Assembly (NCBI RefSeq): GCF_009914755.1
Contig: NC_060925.1
Length of the DNA: 64,000 nt
Source: the human T2T-CHM13v2.0 reference genome, Homo sapiens
Strand: one strand, 5' to 3'
The notes under the pieces are model-generated. The model had not been told where the DNA came from. It saw only the letters and a list, made by a program, of their open reading frames with translations, and did not search any database. Within the stretch, counting starts at the first letter, position 1. Each line of letters starts with the position of its first letter. Position numbers and translations under genes: made by a program. This document shows positions 1 through 13,801 of the stretch, piece after piece.

Positions 1-1077
1 CAAGAAAGTTCTTCTGAAGAGGACTTAGAAAAACTTATTGACCATCAAGGCCTGTACCTTGCAGAGAAACCCTACAAGTGTGACACATGCATGAAGAGCT
101 TCAGTCGGAGCTCCCACTTCATTGCCCATCAGCGAATCCACACAGGTGAGAAGCCCTACAAATGCCTTGAATGTGGAAAAAACTTTAGTGACCGCTCTAA
201 CCTCAATACCCATCAGAGAATCCACACTGGAGAGAAGCCCTATAAATGCCTTGAATGTGGGAAAAGCTTTAGTGACCATTCTAATCTCATCACTCACCAG
301 AGAATTCACACGGGGGAAAAGCCCTATAAATGTGGAGAATGTTGGAAAAGCTTCAACCAGAGCTCAAACCTTCTGAAACATCAGAGAATCCACTTGGGAG
401 GAAATCCTGACCAGTGTAGTGAGCCTGGGGGAAACTTTGCCCAAAGCCCATCTTTTAGTGCTCACTGGAGGAATTCTACAGAAGAGACAGCTCCTGAACA
501 ACCTCAAAGTATCAGTAAGGACTTGAATTCTCCTGGACCACACAGCACAAACTCAGGGGAGAAACTTTATGAGTGTTCTGAATGTGGAAGAAGCTTCTCT
601 AAGAGCTCTGCCCTCATTAGTCACCAAAGAATCCATACGGGAGAGAAACCATATGAATGTGCCGAATGTGGGAAAAGCTTCAGTAAGAGCTCCACCCTGG
701 CCAACCACCAGCGCACCCACACTGGAGAGAAGCCGTATAAATGTGTGGACTGTGGGAAGTGCTTCAGTGAGCGCTCCAAGCTCATCACACACCAGAGAGT
801 GCACACAGGAGAGAAGCCCTACAAATGCCTTGAGTGTGGAAAATTCTTCCGTGACCGTTCTAACCTCATTACTCACCAGAGGATTCATACGGGAGAGAAG
901 CCGTATAAGTGCAGAGAGTGTGGGAAATGCTTTAACCAGAGCTCCAGTCTTATTATTCACCAGAGAATCCACACAGGGGAGAAACCCTACAAGTGCACAG
1001 AGTGTGGCAAAGACTTCAACAACAGTTCCCACTTCAGTGCTCACCGGAGAACCCATGCAGGAGGGAAGGCGTCGTAG
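1..1077 (+). CDS. ZSCAN20: Last coding exon (partial, open at window start) of zinc finger and SCAN domain protein 20: 10 C2H2 fingers in clusters of 4 and 6
   Basis: Frame +1 is open from base 1 ([30 protein letters not shown]...), so the ORF-track Met at 91 is internal. Repeated CxxC-x12-HxxxH with TGEKPY linkers, ending [14 protein letters not shown]. Identity from the recalled protein and from adjacency to CSMD2. Confidence 0.9.
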   Translation, partial: QESSSEEDLEKLIDHQGLYLAEKPYKCDTCMKSFSRSSHFIAHQRIHTGEKPYKCLECGKNFSDRSNLNTHQRIHTGEKPYKCLECGKSFSDHSNLITHQRIHTGEKPYKCGECWKSFNQSSNLLKHQRIHLGGNPDQCSEPGGNFAQSPSFSAHWRNSTEETAPEQPQSISKDLNSPGPHSTNSGEKLYECSECGRSFSKSSALISHQRIHTGEKPYECAECGKSFSKSSTLANHQRTHTGEKPYKCVDCGKCFSERSKLITHQRVHTGEKPYKCLECGKFFRDRSNLITHQRIHTGEKPYKCRECGKCFNQSSSLIIHQRIHTGEKPYKCTECGKDFNNSSHFSAHRRTHAGGKAS

Positions 1078-1971
1078 GGGACAGTTTCCTCAACAACAAA
1101 GGAGGACTCAATGTATATATCTTATATCATAAGATGTATGCTAGAGATAAACTTTCCAATTTTTAAGCTTGGTGTGTACCCAGGGAAGTTATCTTGGTAT
1201 AAACCAGGTAATTTGGAAGTGAATTACAAATACTAAGGATCCAGATTTGAAGGCACTTTTAAGTGTAATTTGTTTTTCTTCTGTAAAGACCCACACAGAA
1301 TCCTGACTGTCCTTGTATTTGCTATCATGTAAGAGCTGTGTCAGTATTTGAGCCAAACTGGCAACTTACGAGATTAGAGTTAAATCAGTGGTCCTGAGCA
1401 GTGATTCCAAACTCTCACTGTGCCTTCACACCATCCATGTGTAATCCACCCCATCAGCAGTGGTTCTCCTACTTTCTCAGTGGGGGCATATCCTCAAGGG
1501 AGAATGTTGTGACTCTGGTGAGAGAGGAGTTGGCCTAGAGCAGGCCACTGTGAGCTCAGCACAGAGTAGGAAGAACAGTGACATCATTACAAAATCATCA
1601 ATAGCAGCAATAGCTGGTGTTTATTGAGCTGTTGCTCTTTGGCAAGCTCTGTGCTAAGAACTTTGTATACATCATCTCATTTAATCTTCACAACGGCCCC
1701 AGGAGATAAGTACTAACTTTCTCCCCATTTCCTAGAGGCTTGGGAAATTAAGTAACTCGCACTGGTCACACATCTGTAAGTGGGAGAGGCAGGATTCAAC
1801 AGATCTGTCTGTCTTGAGTCTATCGTGCTCTTATTGCTATACTGAATTCCCATTCATGTTAGGTAACTTAGGGGCCAGAATCTCCATGCACTTTGTAGAC
1901 CACATTTCCTGTTATGAAATTTCCACATTTTGAATTTTTTAAACAAATATGGAAACTGAGAATCCCTAAGG

Positions 1972-1977
1972 ATTAAA
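1972..1977 (+). terminator. Candidate proximal poly(A) signal ATTAAA of ZSCAN20
   Basis: Hexamer seen ~900 nt after the stop codon. Confidence 0.45.
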
Positions 1978-4900
1978 GGACTTGGGATATCCAGAATTGG
2001 TGAAGTGATTTGAGCAAGGATGAGCTATTATCAAAATACTTGATGTGAGTTTCCATCTTCGCAATAATATGGGTGAGAGATATAGGTGGGTTGAGATTGG
2101 GAAAAATATGCGGCCTAAGTAATTTTTCTTCCAATAAGATACTGCTTTGGCTAAGGAAATGGGATGTAAGAGTTCTCTTTTTCTCAGGGGACAGTCCTAC
2201 TTCTTGCCATGCTTGGCTGATCATAGGTTAACCCTAACAGAAGCCTGGGGTCCCTACATTTTTGTCTGTCTGGCTTTTCCTTTTGGCAAGCAGAAGCTTT
2301 GTTCTTGGTCCCCATGCCAAGACTGAGGTGGGAGGTGCTGGTGTATATGGTCATCTACTGAGAGGGCCTTGACCACTGTTCTGTGTACCAGGTTCTTGGC
2401 ACAATTTTACCCTGAGCCATCCTGTCCCAGGCCTGCCCAGGGCTTTCTGTATGTTGACCCTTAAGACTCACCTCCCACATGGACAGGCTAAGTTAGAAAG
2501 GTTCACATAGGATGGTTTTAACATTTGCAGCACTTTGGCCTCCAGAGTTTCTCCTTAGAAGGGTTTAAAACTGTTGACCAAGGACTTCGGTTTCCATAGG
2601 ACTTTAAAGGAAAATCCCCCTCCTGCCATCCTCTTATGACACTAGGATGTATTCATAACCTGCTTGGTTCATGGGCTGGGGAAGTACCTATCAGATAGTG
2701 GATGTGAAGCAGCCTTGAAGAATGGAACTTTTATTAACATGTGAGGAAGCCAGTGGAGAGATTTGCTACTCCCACAGAGTGATATCCCTTCTTAACCCCT
2801 TCCCCTGCTTCAGAACCTCCTTTCCCAAGAACCAGCCCCACTAGGATCACCGTCAACTCCCTCCCAGTTTACCTTTTCTGGCCCACGTTATCTCTGCGGG
2901 GCAGGGGTCATGGGATGAACCCTGGATAGAAGTCAGCAGATGTCAGTAACTGCAGTAATACAGTGATATTGTCTAGTAATGTGAGCTGAGAGGAAGGATC
3001 CTGAGGTGAGGGAGAGGGAGGGAATTCCAGGGAAAGGCACTGTTGTGTGGAATAGCATGGATTCAGGGTGGGGTTGTATGATGGGAGGTTGGGAACAGGG
3101 AGCTGATATTAGAGGAGTGCTGGAGCAAGGTCACTGAGGACCTCACATGTGAATGGAGTGTCAACACCAGGCCCGGGGCAATGTTCAGATGTGCATGGTT
3201 GAAATCTGACAGCTGAATGGAACTTGGACATGCTGCAATTAGGATGGCCTTTTGGGACACTGTTGTGGTATTTCAGCTAAAGGCTAGGGTCTGAACTAGA
3301 GCAGTGGTGACACTGAGGAGGAGGGAATGAATGGGAAAGGTCTCAGAGGCAGAGGGGAGGACATCAGAGGAAAGCTAGAATGCCTTTGGTGACTGGGTAG
3401 AGCATGTCCTCATTCAGAATTGGGAGCACAAGGAGGAGAGGCTGATAGAGCAGGAGGGCAGAAGATGAGAAGTTTAGTTTGGTATGTCTAGAACTTGAGG
3501 TGCTTAAGGGAAATCATGGTGATGCTATGCATTTGGATGTCGGCTAGCAGCTAGGGGAGAGGCTAGGACTAGAGATCTGTGTATGCGAAGTAGTTAAACT
3601 AATGAGAAAGGAAGAATTTCAGTTTCAAATATTGGGCCTAGGACAGAGCTACTTGATAGTGCTGAATGGAGAGGAAGATGGCCCTCAAAGGAGATCTAGA
3701 CCATTCCCCACTCCCACCCACTACCATCATGTTCTGGACCCTGTCTTCTTTGTTACTGACCCCTGAATTCTTCATGTAGCCCTGAGTTTTCTGGAGCCCT
3801 CACTGTGGAAGTCAAGCTGAGCTCTGTGTGGATGTGAGGTGGTAGTCCTCTCTCCACTTGGTCACCCTTTCCCCTGGGTTTGGTAGTGTGTTAGTGTCTC
3901 ATATCTTTAGTGAACAGTTTTGATGTTTATTATCTGCCATTCTTGTCTCATGAATCTTAATAGAGGTTCAGTCATGAAAGCAAGGCCAGTGTGGGCCAGG
4001 TGAGAAAATGGCCCAGGTGGTCCCTTCCTCCTTGTCTACCTGACTTCCTTTGGAAGAAGCACTCTTTCAGGGGGCTTCAGTGTTCCAGGCTTGCTGTCTA
4101 CCCAAGAGCTTGCTGGGCACCCAGGCGCCCTCCAGTAGGTCTGTGCTGCTCAGATAAACTGACATCTGGTTTTACACACCCTGAGCTTTGCTAGCGTGAT
4201 TCTGCTCTTGGGAAGTAGATTCACTCTGCAGAATGGGTGGACAGTTTCTCAGCCTTCCTGGCCACAGGTCAGACCCTGGTTATGGAAAACCAAACCAGCA
4301 AATGCTGCCCTGGGAGGGTGTTACATCATGTGAGCTGCTAAAGGCAGGATCGTCTCCCCAGATGGCTGCCTCCCCTTGATTTCTTCACCCTCCACCTCAA
4401 GAAGGGCATTGGCTCCTCTGAAGGGACAAAAAGGTACCTAAAGGACCTTAGGCCTCCCATTCCTCAGACCCCCAGAGGCAGCAGACCCAAAGGTAGGGGC
4501 AGGGAAAGGAGGGGCCAAGACTTTTTCAGATACTCGGTTTTTTCTAAGGCCTTGACCTCAGCAGCTGAACTCATGGTCATGGCTGCCTTGGCCTTATTGT
4601 CCACTGTAGCCTCCTCCCAGAAGCCGAGTAAAGCAGCTAGGGTCCCTCCATGCTAAATAATGTAGTCAGGCGCTCTGGGTAGTCCGTCCTGCCTCATCTT
4701 GTTCTGGGGCCCCCAGTGGGGATAGCTCTCTGCTTTCGGGCTGCAGAAAAGAATTGAGTCACTTTCTGTAGGGGAGTAACACCCTTTGGGGACAGGGGTG
4801 CAGTTTTGAAGTAATGAAGGCAGTGATGTCTGGAGTGGGTGTGGGTGTTGCAGGTGAACTTGCCTCACCCAGGCTGTTCTGGGTCTTTGTACTCCAGAGT

Positions 4901-5369
4901 TCTGTCCTAGGCTTGCTTCTTCATTCACTCTGTTTCCCTTTCTCTTCTTTTTTTCTTTTCCTTTCTTTCTCTCTTTTCTTCTGTGTAGATGCTAATGACT
5001 TCCAGATCTGTGTCCTGCTGTGGCCTCTCCTCTTAGGATCCCAGCTGCCTGCCAACCAGCTGTGCTTGGGTGACTCCTGGGCATCTCAAAGCCCCGGTGT
5101 CTACCATCACCCATCATGGGGCTCTTGGCCTGCCCATTCAGCACGTGCATTGATGTACACACTCAGTGACTCCCATCCAAGCCTCCCCTGCACGTGCCTG
5201 GAGAGACCTGCCCATTGGACTCATCTTGGACTCAGTTCTGCCAATACTTTCTCCCTTCTAAGAGCATTTCCAGTTGGGCTGGAGTTACCCAGCTGCCTGA
5301 GAGGTCTCTTTCTGAATGAAGTCAATATCTAAAGTCAAAATTAATCATTCAAAATATTCCCTTACCCCA

Positions 5370-5462
5370 TTTTTTTTGGGGGGGAGATGGGGGTCTTGTG
5401 TTGCCCAGGCTGGTCTTGAACTCCTGGCCTCAAGCGATCCTCCCACCTCAGCCTCCCAAAGC
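5370..5462 (-). mobile_element. Alu left-monomer fragment (FLAM/AluJ-like)
   Basis: ttgcccaggctggtcttgaactcctggcctcaagcgatcctcccacctcagcctcccaaa preceded by a T tract. Confidence 0.85.
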
Positions 5463-6315
5463 TCCCCTTAACCTCAGTTTTGATCCCATCCTCCATTTGG
5501 GCATTGCTCAGCTCCCCCACCTGTTAATAGCAAACACCAATCTCAAGCCCCTGCCCCAATCTGCTACAAGGGGTTAGTGTTCCATGCAGTGGGAGTGCAG
5601 GGAAGGCTTTACAGGAGAGGAGGGAGTTGAAATGGGCCTGGAGGCCTGGGATGGTAGACACTGGATCCTTTTCCCCCACAGCTCCTGGCTGTTTCTTCAC
5701 ACTCCCAGCATCACTATTACTGCTAGCATGTCTTTAGCATCATTTTGCCCTCCCTCTGACTTTCAGCAAGCCTGCACTTACCTCCAAATAAATGCATGTT
5801 TTCGGGGGGCAAAGGCAGGTTCCTTCCTTACCTTATTGTTGCTTCCCCCACCCCATGCTGCAGCTGAGTGGGTGACCTTTCTCCTCACCTCCGTGTGCCG
5901 CATCTCTCACCTAGTCTCTGTTAGGAACCCTACAGGAGCCTGCACCCCAGTAACCCCATTTTATGCTGCTTGGAGGAAGAGACAGAGAGTTTGAGAGGTC
6001 CCAGTTCTTTTCAGTGTGTGTTTGGTTCCCCCACTTCTCAAAGCTGAGAGCTTCTTTGTTTTAAGAGCCACTTGGTTAAGTCAAGAGCATTAGAAGAGTA
6101 AAAAGAAGAATACAATTAGATAATTTTACCTAAACATGCTATAGTCGACTAGGGAGTCACATAGACATTGATTTTCTAATGAGGGCGCTGTTGGTGATTC
6201 TTTTTGTGTGTAAAGATGCTTCTGATCATGCCTGCTATTACATGATACTTATTTCTAAAGTCACTTTTTTTTTTTTTTTTACATTTTCATTGTAGAAAAA
6301 TATCCCATAAAAATT

Positions 6316-6332
6316 GTGCCCCCTAGAGGGCG
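6316..6332 (-). promoter_or_regulatory. CTCF-like motif
   Basis: Minus strand reads CGCCCTCTAGGGGGCAC, matching the CTCF core CCWCYAGRKGGCRS. Confidence 0.5.
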
Positions 6333-7217
6333 AGGGCCACGGGAAGGGGGATCAGGAAAACAAGAATCAGTCTCTAAGCTGGTCCTGGAGCAGCATGACA
6401 GATGTATCTGAGCCCAAGCAGGAGAGGAGCCACAGGCCCAGGCTGGCAGAGTTGTGACTACTAGAATCTCGAGTCACTGGGGCTCAGGGAGCCCTAACTT
6501 GGTGGCAGGTGACAAATGTGGCACAAAGGAGAAAGGAGTCTTCTCCTTCCACATAGAACACACTTGGCTTCAGTGCTTTGGGGGGATTCGTGGACCACAG
6601 AGAAGCTTCCGCATATTTATAGGCACTGGGGACCAGCAGGAAGTGGTGGTGAGACACTTTGAAACCCTCCACTGCAGACTTCACCCAGGGGGCAAGGCAG
6701 GAGAGAATCCCTCTGTGGACAGCACTTGAGAGGAAAGGGCTTGTTCATGACCACGTATGAGGTCGCCAACCCAACCCTGTTCCTGAAGTTTCCCAGAAAT
6801 AGATGGAGAGGTAAGGCCAGCTAGGCTGGAGCGCCAGCATCAGTAGTAGGGGCAGGAGCTCACGCTAAACCCGGTTGGTGTGTCCTGGAGAAGCACAGGT
6901 GTCATCTCCAGGGACCTTTCTCGACCAACTAATTTATGGAAATGAGACATTTGTAATTGATTTTAATTCCCTCTTAGGGACTGTGAAATTAAAATGGATT
7001 AAATTTTGTCCATCAGGAGCCTCAGGGATTTAATGTCCAATTCTAAAACCTGAACAGGCCCTTTTGTTTTGCAATTTGTGGACCAATCCCTGGCTTCATT
7101 TTATTTGGCTTTGCTTTCACTTCCCCATTTTCTGTTATTTTTTTTTTTTTTGTGCTGTTATGTACATCTCTTAAAGCTGGTCAAATCATATTTTGGGATG
7201 GAATGGCCTGATAAGTT

Positions 7218-7233
7218 AATAAATTATATTAAA
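7218..7233 (+). terminator. Candidate distal poly(A) signals AATAAA/ATTAAA of ZSCAN20
   Basis: Tandem hexamers, upstream U-rich tract and TGTA, downstream GT/T-rich sequence. Confidence 0.55.
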
Positions 7234-7465
7234 CTGCCAAAAAAGGAATGTGTTTTCGATTCTTCTGGCTTCTTCCTGGTTACACCAAAAGCATGGGGGA
7301 GAAAAGGAAGGGAAGTCATCGAGACACAGGTTGTCAGGGAGATTGGGGCCAAGGTCTCAAGCCCCTTGTGCTGGGCAGGTGTCTTCTTTTCATTGTTCCC
7401 TGTGGTCCTTCAGACATGGGTGGCTCTTCAGGCATGTCCACAACCCCAGGAGCCATGGCCTCAGT

Positions 7466-7637
7466 GGCCGGTGCAACTGGCCGGAGCCACAGTGGCTCCG
7501 GGTGTCGGGGCTGTCCTTTTGTCCCTTTGATCTTACGCAGGGTGAGGGAGCCAATCACGAGAGGCTCACCCCTGACGTCACCCAGTCCCCAGGGCCAGTG
7601 AGGGCCCTGCGTTCCATGGGGCCCCCTGGAGGGAGGA
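7466..7637 (-). pseudogene. Truncated snaR/CAS-like Pol III small-RNA gene (5' 36 nt, 7501-7466) with its upstream flank (CCAAT, CRE, CTCF-like motifs)
   Basis: Minus strand CCGGAGCCACTGTGGCTCCGGCCAGTTGCACCGGCC resembles the recalled snaR 5' end CCGGAGCCATTGTGGCTCAGGCCGGTTGCGCCTGCC. AGCCAATCA at 7549-7557, TGACGTCA at 7573-7580, CTCF-like motif at 7617-7633. No B-box or oligo-T terminator follows. Confidence 0.6.
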
Positions 7638-8018
7638 GTGGCATCTCAGTCTGCTGGTCCCTATGCATCTACTTTGATATGTCCCTCAGGATCCCTGTGC
7701 TAGGAAACCAGAGGTGTCTGAAATCCAAATAACACAAGGATAATTATGGATGAAAACATAGGAAAGAGTTCCCAGGGGGCTGAAACTTACCTGATTCCTC
7801 TCATTTGCTTCCTGGTTCAGGAACAGAACTGATCGCACTTCGTACTTGAGAAAGAGGGGAGAGCTGGAGCGTCTTTATATTCTTTTCTGGCCTTCCTCCA
7901 CCCATTGTCCTACTGAGGACATTCAAAAGACTGTAGCTCAAGGCTGAAGTTTCCTAATACACGCTCACTCTTTTGTCCTTATTGAATGAGATATAGGCAA
8001 CTTTGCCTTTTAGGCCCT

Positions 8019-8393
8019 TGATATGGTTTGGCTGTGTCTGCACCCAAATCTCATCTTGAATTGTAGTTCCCATAATCTCCATGTGTTGTGGAAGGGACCT
8101 GGTGGGAGGTACCTGAATCATGGGGGCAGTTACCCCTATGCTGATCTTGTGATAGTGAGTGAGTTCTCATGAGATCTGATGGTTTTATAAGTGATTTTTC
8201 CCCACTTTGCTCTGCACTTCTTTCTCCTGCCACTATGTGAAGAAGGACGTGTTTGCTTCCCCTTCCGCCATGATTATAAGTTTCCTGAGGCCTCCCCAGC
8301 CCTGTGGAACTGTGAGTCAATTAAACCTCTTTCCTTTATAAATTACCCAGTCTTGGGCAGTTCTTTATAGCAGCGTAGAAACGGACTAATACA
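8019..8393 (+). mobile_element. THE1 (THE1C-like) MaLR solo LTR
   Basis: TGATATGGTTTGGCTGTGT...GGACTAATACA termini; 5-bp TSD gccct/gctct with 1 mismatch. Confidence 0.9.
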
Positions 8394-8921
8394 GCTCTGT
8401 TATCATTGAATTTTGATTGTGAATTCGTTTTGCTCGGAATCCACTGAGAACTTGTTTTTTCTTGTAGGGGTCAGATCTCAAGTATAGGTGTTACTAGTGG
8501 TTGGCATGTACTAATATTCTGCATGTCTTGGGACGAAGATGAGATCTGGAGGAAATGAGTCATGGTCTCCCTGAGGAGAAAGCTCTGGGTCTTGCTTACA
8601 TGTTTTCATGTAACTTCTTTCTAGCAGTTACTCCAATACTGACCAGACCCACAGGGCTTACCTTCCTGGAAGACAGGACAGAGATCACAGACTCCTCATA
8701 GTCCATGCTCTTGCTGTTAGCTGTAGTTTGACCACAAATGCCAGTAAGGCATACAGGTCAGTTATAAATGTCAGGGTCCACTCAGGCTGGCCAGCCAATT
8801 CAGGCAGGAACAAGAACTGTTACCTGAAGGGGTCCAACATAGGTAGCCAGAGAGCTGGCCAAGGCCAGTACAACTGAGAACGTAATACTAGGAAAAAGCC
8901 CTACCTGAGGGAGATGCCTCA

Positions 8922-9251
<330 letters not shown>

Positions 9252-10059
9252 TCATTTGACCAGTAATTGACAGCCAATAGCTATAAAGAGCCTAGGGGCC
9301 AGGCATGCTGGTAAGGACCTTGGGTGGATGACATCATTTCAGCCTCAGCACGACTCAATGAAATATTGTTGTTGCTATCCCCATTTTACCACAGAGCCTC
9401 AGAGGCTCAGGTTAATAACTTGCTACTTCATATATTGTCTCAAATATATGAATGGAACCAACAATATATGATGTTCCTACTTCATATATTGTCTCAAAAT
9501 TTTTAAGAACAGCTTGTTTGAATTTGAATTCAGTTAATGTCATACATCGCAACTGGATTTAAGATGAGGTCATTTTCACTGAGGAGTTTTCCAGAATCTG
9601 TATGTTGTCAATTACATCCTTATGGTATCATTGAACTTGTTTCCCTGTCATCTGTATTTCCTGTAACTGGTATTTAGATCCAAAGGTTTAAACAGATTCA
9701 AATTTGATTTTTTTTTTGGCAAGAATACTTCATAGGTGGTTGTTATGTACTTCCATCAGAAGGCCTATAATGTCTGGTTGCCTCGCTTTTTGTGATATTA
9801 GCAGTCATTGATGATCATTGCCAGAATTTATTTTAATAAAGGTTTCAAAATGGTGATAAATTCTATCCTTCATTTACTGGCTGCAATACTTTTGTAAAGA
9901 GACTCCGCTTCTTAATATTTAGTTACCCTGAAATACATTGCATACAAAAAGCAGGATGAATGCTTGCTCTTCCCTCCTTTTACTTACTGGTTATCAAAAT
10001 ATAGCTGGTTTCTTAATGTTTTCCATAAGTGACTAATGAGTTTTTAAAAAAATGTTATT

Positions 10060-11235
<1,176 letters not shown>

Positions 11236-12475
11236 AAAAATATTATTACGAACTCATAGATTCAAACACAGTTACTATTTTTCATCCATTGCCTTATTAT
11301 TATTATTATTTTATTTTTCTAGATTTAGGGGTACAAGTGCAGTCATGTTACATGGATATAGTGTGTGGTGATAGAGTCTGGGCTTTTAGTGTATTCATTG
11401 TTCAAATAGTGTATGTCGTCAAATTCTCCTCTGTGAGTTGGACCAGCAGTGACAGTGCCAGTTTCTCCCACAGTTTTGTCAACAGTGTGTTGCCTAGCTT
11501 TTGGATTTTTGCTGATTTAATAGGTAAGGAATAATGGAGTGAAACTGAGTACCTTTTCATATATTTCAAGGTTTTTGCATGTCTTTTCTTTCACAGTCTT
11601 TGAATGTTTGCTTATGGTACTTTTAGACTTATTTTTCTCAATTTTTAAGAGTTCTCTATGTATAAGGGATATTTGCATGAATGTTCCATGTATGCTTCAA
11701 AAGAAAGCATATTCTCTAATATTGGGTTGCAGAGTTTGACAGATATTCATATTCATAAAAACTTCCTTATGATTATTTTGGTTAGGTCTTCTACAGCCTT
11801 ACTTTTGTTTCCTTGATTTGTTATGAACTGAGAGTGGTGAGTTAAAACTGCTGTTATTGGCATGCTCCAATTTGTCTTTGCACCTCCTGGTTTCTGCTTT
11901 ATGACACATCTGCTTTCTTATTGGGTGCATAGTTATCGATATCTGTTATATCTTCATTGTGAATAATCTCCTTTAGTGCTGTAAAGTGTCCTTCCTTGTC
12001 CTCTTTCATGCCTTTGGCCCTGAATTCTAACTTATCTGGTGTGAGGATGGTGATTCCTGTTTTCTTGTTTGCGTATGCCTGTTATTCCTTTGCTTTGCTT
12101 TGCTTTAGATTTCAATACATGGTATTTAAGCCATTTTGAATCACTTTGTTTAGGTATGCCTCTTGTGATAGCACAGAGTCAAGTTTTATTTTGTGAGATA
12201 ATCTGAACATCTTTATAATTAAACCTAATTATATTTAATAATATAGTGGCTACGTTTGTTTTCAGGTCTGTCATATTATTTTGTATTGTATTTACTTGGT
12301 GCATTTGTCATATTTACTGGTTCTTTCACAGTGTGTTTTTTTGGAGTACTTAAAAATATATGTATTAGTATTTGGCAAAATTTATATTTTCTTCTAGTAA
12401 TTACTTTTATATTAATATATTTATAAATGTCCTTAGTCCTCTTTTTTCTACTTAGGTTCTAACTGTTTTATTAAC

Positions 12476-12728
12476 TGGTTCTCAACCAGTGCATCTGTTG
12501 ATCAATGACTTTCAACAGAGGTGGGGGGAGTGTATCCATTTTATTCCCCAGAAGACACTAGGCAATGTCTGGAAGTATTTTTGGTTGTCACAACTGGGAG
12601 AGGTGTGCATCTATTGGGCAGAGGCCAGGGATGCCGCTAAACATCCTATAACACACAGGACAGCCAGGCCCTACAACAAAAAAATCATCTGGCCCAAAAT
12701 GTCCATACTGCCAAGTTTGGGAAACCTT
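12476..12728 (+). mobile_element. MER20-like hAT DNA transposon
   Basis: ggttctcaacc...ggcaatgtctgga...ggttgtcacaactggg...ggccagggatgccgctaaacatcc...gggaaacc. Confidence 0.7.
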
Positions 12729-13416
12729 TAGATGGTCTTTGACTCCCACCTGTTATCTGTGTGGCAACGAGTGGGGTCACTTTACTTTCCCCTTTCTCTT
12801 TCTCTTCCCATTAAAAAATCATGTTATCTCCACTTTGTCAGAACCTAGGACATTTACATACTATTCTTCGGTCTTTATTTTCATCTTCATTGTAGATTTC
12901 AATATGCAGTTTTCAATTCTTAACATCAGTCCTGTTGTTGAAATTCCTTAACTATCATTTGGTTGGTTAAAACTTGTCCTCCCAGTAGATTCTTCAGGAA
13001 GGGCTCCTGAGGAAAATATTCCTGAATTCTTGAATATTCATTACTGTGTTCTCATTGTCTTGATGCATAAAAATCACTGCATATAAAATTCTTGGTTTGT
13101 ACTTTCTTTCCTTCAGTTTTGCTTTGTGTGTGGCTGTTAAGAAATCTGATAGCAACCTAATTTAATCTGGAGGCTCAGAGAATGTTTTATTTTTCTTTAA
13201 AATCTTACAGTTTGACTGGGGTTTGTCTTGGAGCTGAGCATTGCAGGATAATTTTCCCAGGAACCTGGTGGACCTTTCAATATATATGTTAAGTTTTTCT
13301 TTTAGTTCTAAATAGTTTTCCTAGAGTATAATTTTAAATATTAATTCTGTCTAATTTATTTAGGTTTTCTTCTTTAGGGACTCCTATTGTACATAAATTG
13401 GCTTGCTTTGCCTGTC

Positions 13417-13801
13417 TTTTATCTTTCTTTCTTTCTTTCTTTCTTTTTCTTTCTTTTTTTTCTTTCTCTTCTTTCTTTCCTCTTTTTCTCTTTCCTTCCT
13501 TCCTTCTTTCTTTCCTTCTTTCTTTATTTTTCTTTTTCTTTTTTTTTGAGCTGGGGGTCTCGCTTTTTTGCCCAGGCTGGAGTGCAGTGGCACAATCTCA
13601 GCTCAGTGCAACCTCCACCTCTCGAGTTCAAGCGATTCTCCTGCCTCACTCTCCCAGTAGCTGGGACTACAGGCACGTGCCACCATGCTTGGCTAATTTT
13701 TGTATTTTTTGGTAGAACTGGGGTTTTGCCATTTTGGCCAGGCTGGTCTTGAACTCCTGGCCTCAAGTGATCCACCCGCCTGCCTTGGCCTCCCAAAGTG
13801 C
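13417..13801 (-). mobile_element. Alu (S/J) with tail expanded into a (CTTT)n/(CCTT)n microsatellite
   Basis: Alu body 13548-13801, pyrimidine tract 13417-13547. Confidence 0.88.

Larger units (their letters stand above)
1078..7250 (+). other. ZSCAN20: Putative ZSCAN20 3' UTR (long form) with alternative poly(A) signals
   Basis: Follows the stop codon. ATTAAA at 1972-1977, AATAAA at 5787-5792, and AATAAA at 7218-7223 plus ATTAAA at 7228-7233 followed by T/GT-rich sequence. Confidence 0.55.

Noticed and set aside
25-1132. Antisense and alternate-frame ORFs over the ZSCAN20 exon
   Set aside because: Typical shadow ORFs of repetitive C2H2 coding sequence; no independent signals.
4814-5994. 172-aa and 136-aa ORFs in the ZSCAN20 3' region
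   Set aside because: Low complexity, no recognisable domain or splice support; consistent with chance ORFs.
9423-9498. CRISPR-like look (22-bp repeat with 32-bp spacer)
   Set aside because: Only two units, the spacer is self-derived, there are no cas genes and the context is human.
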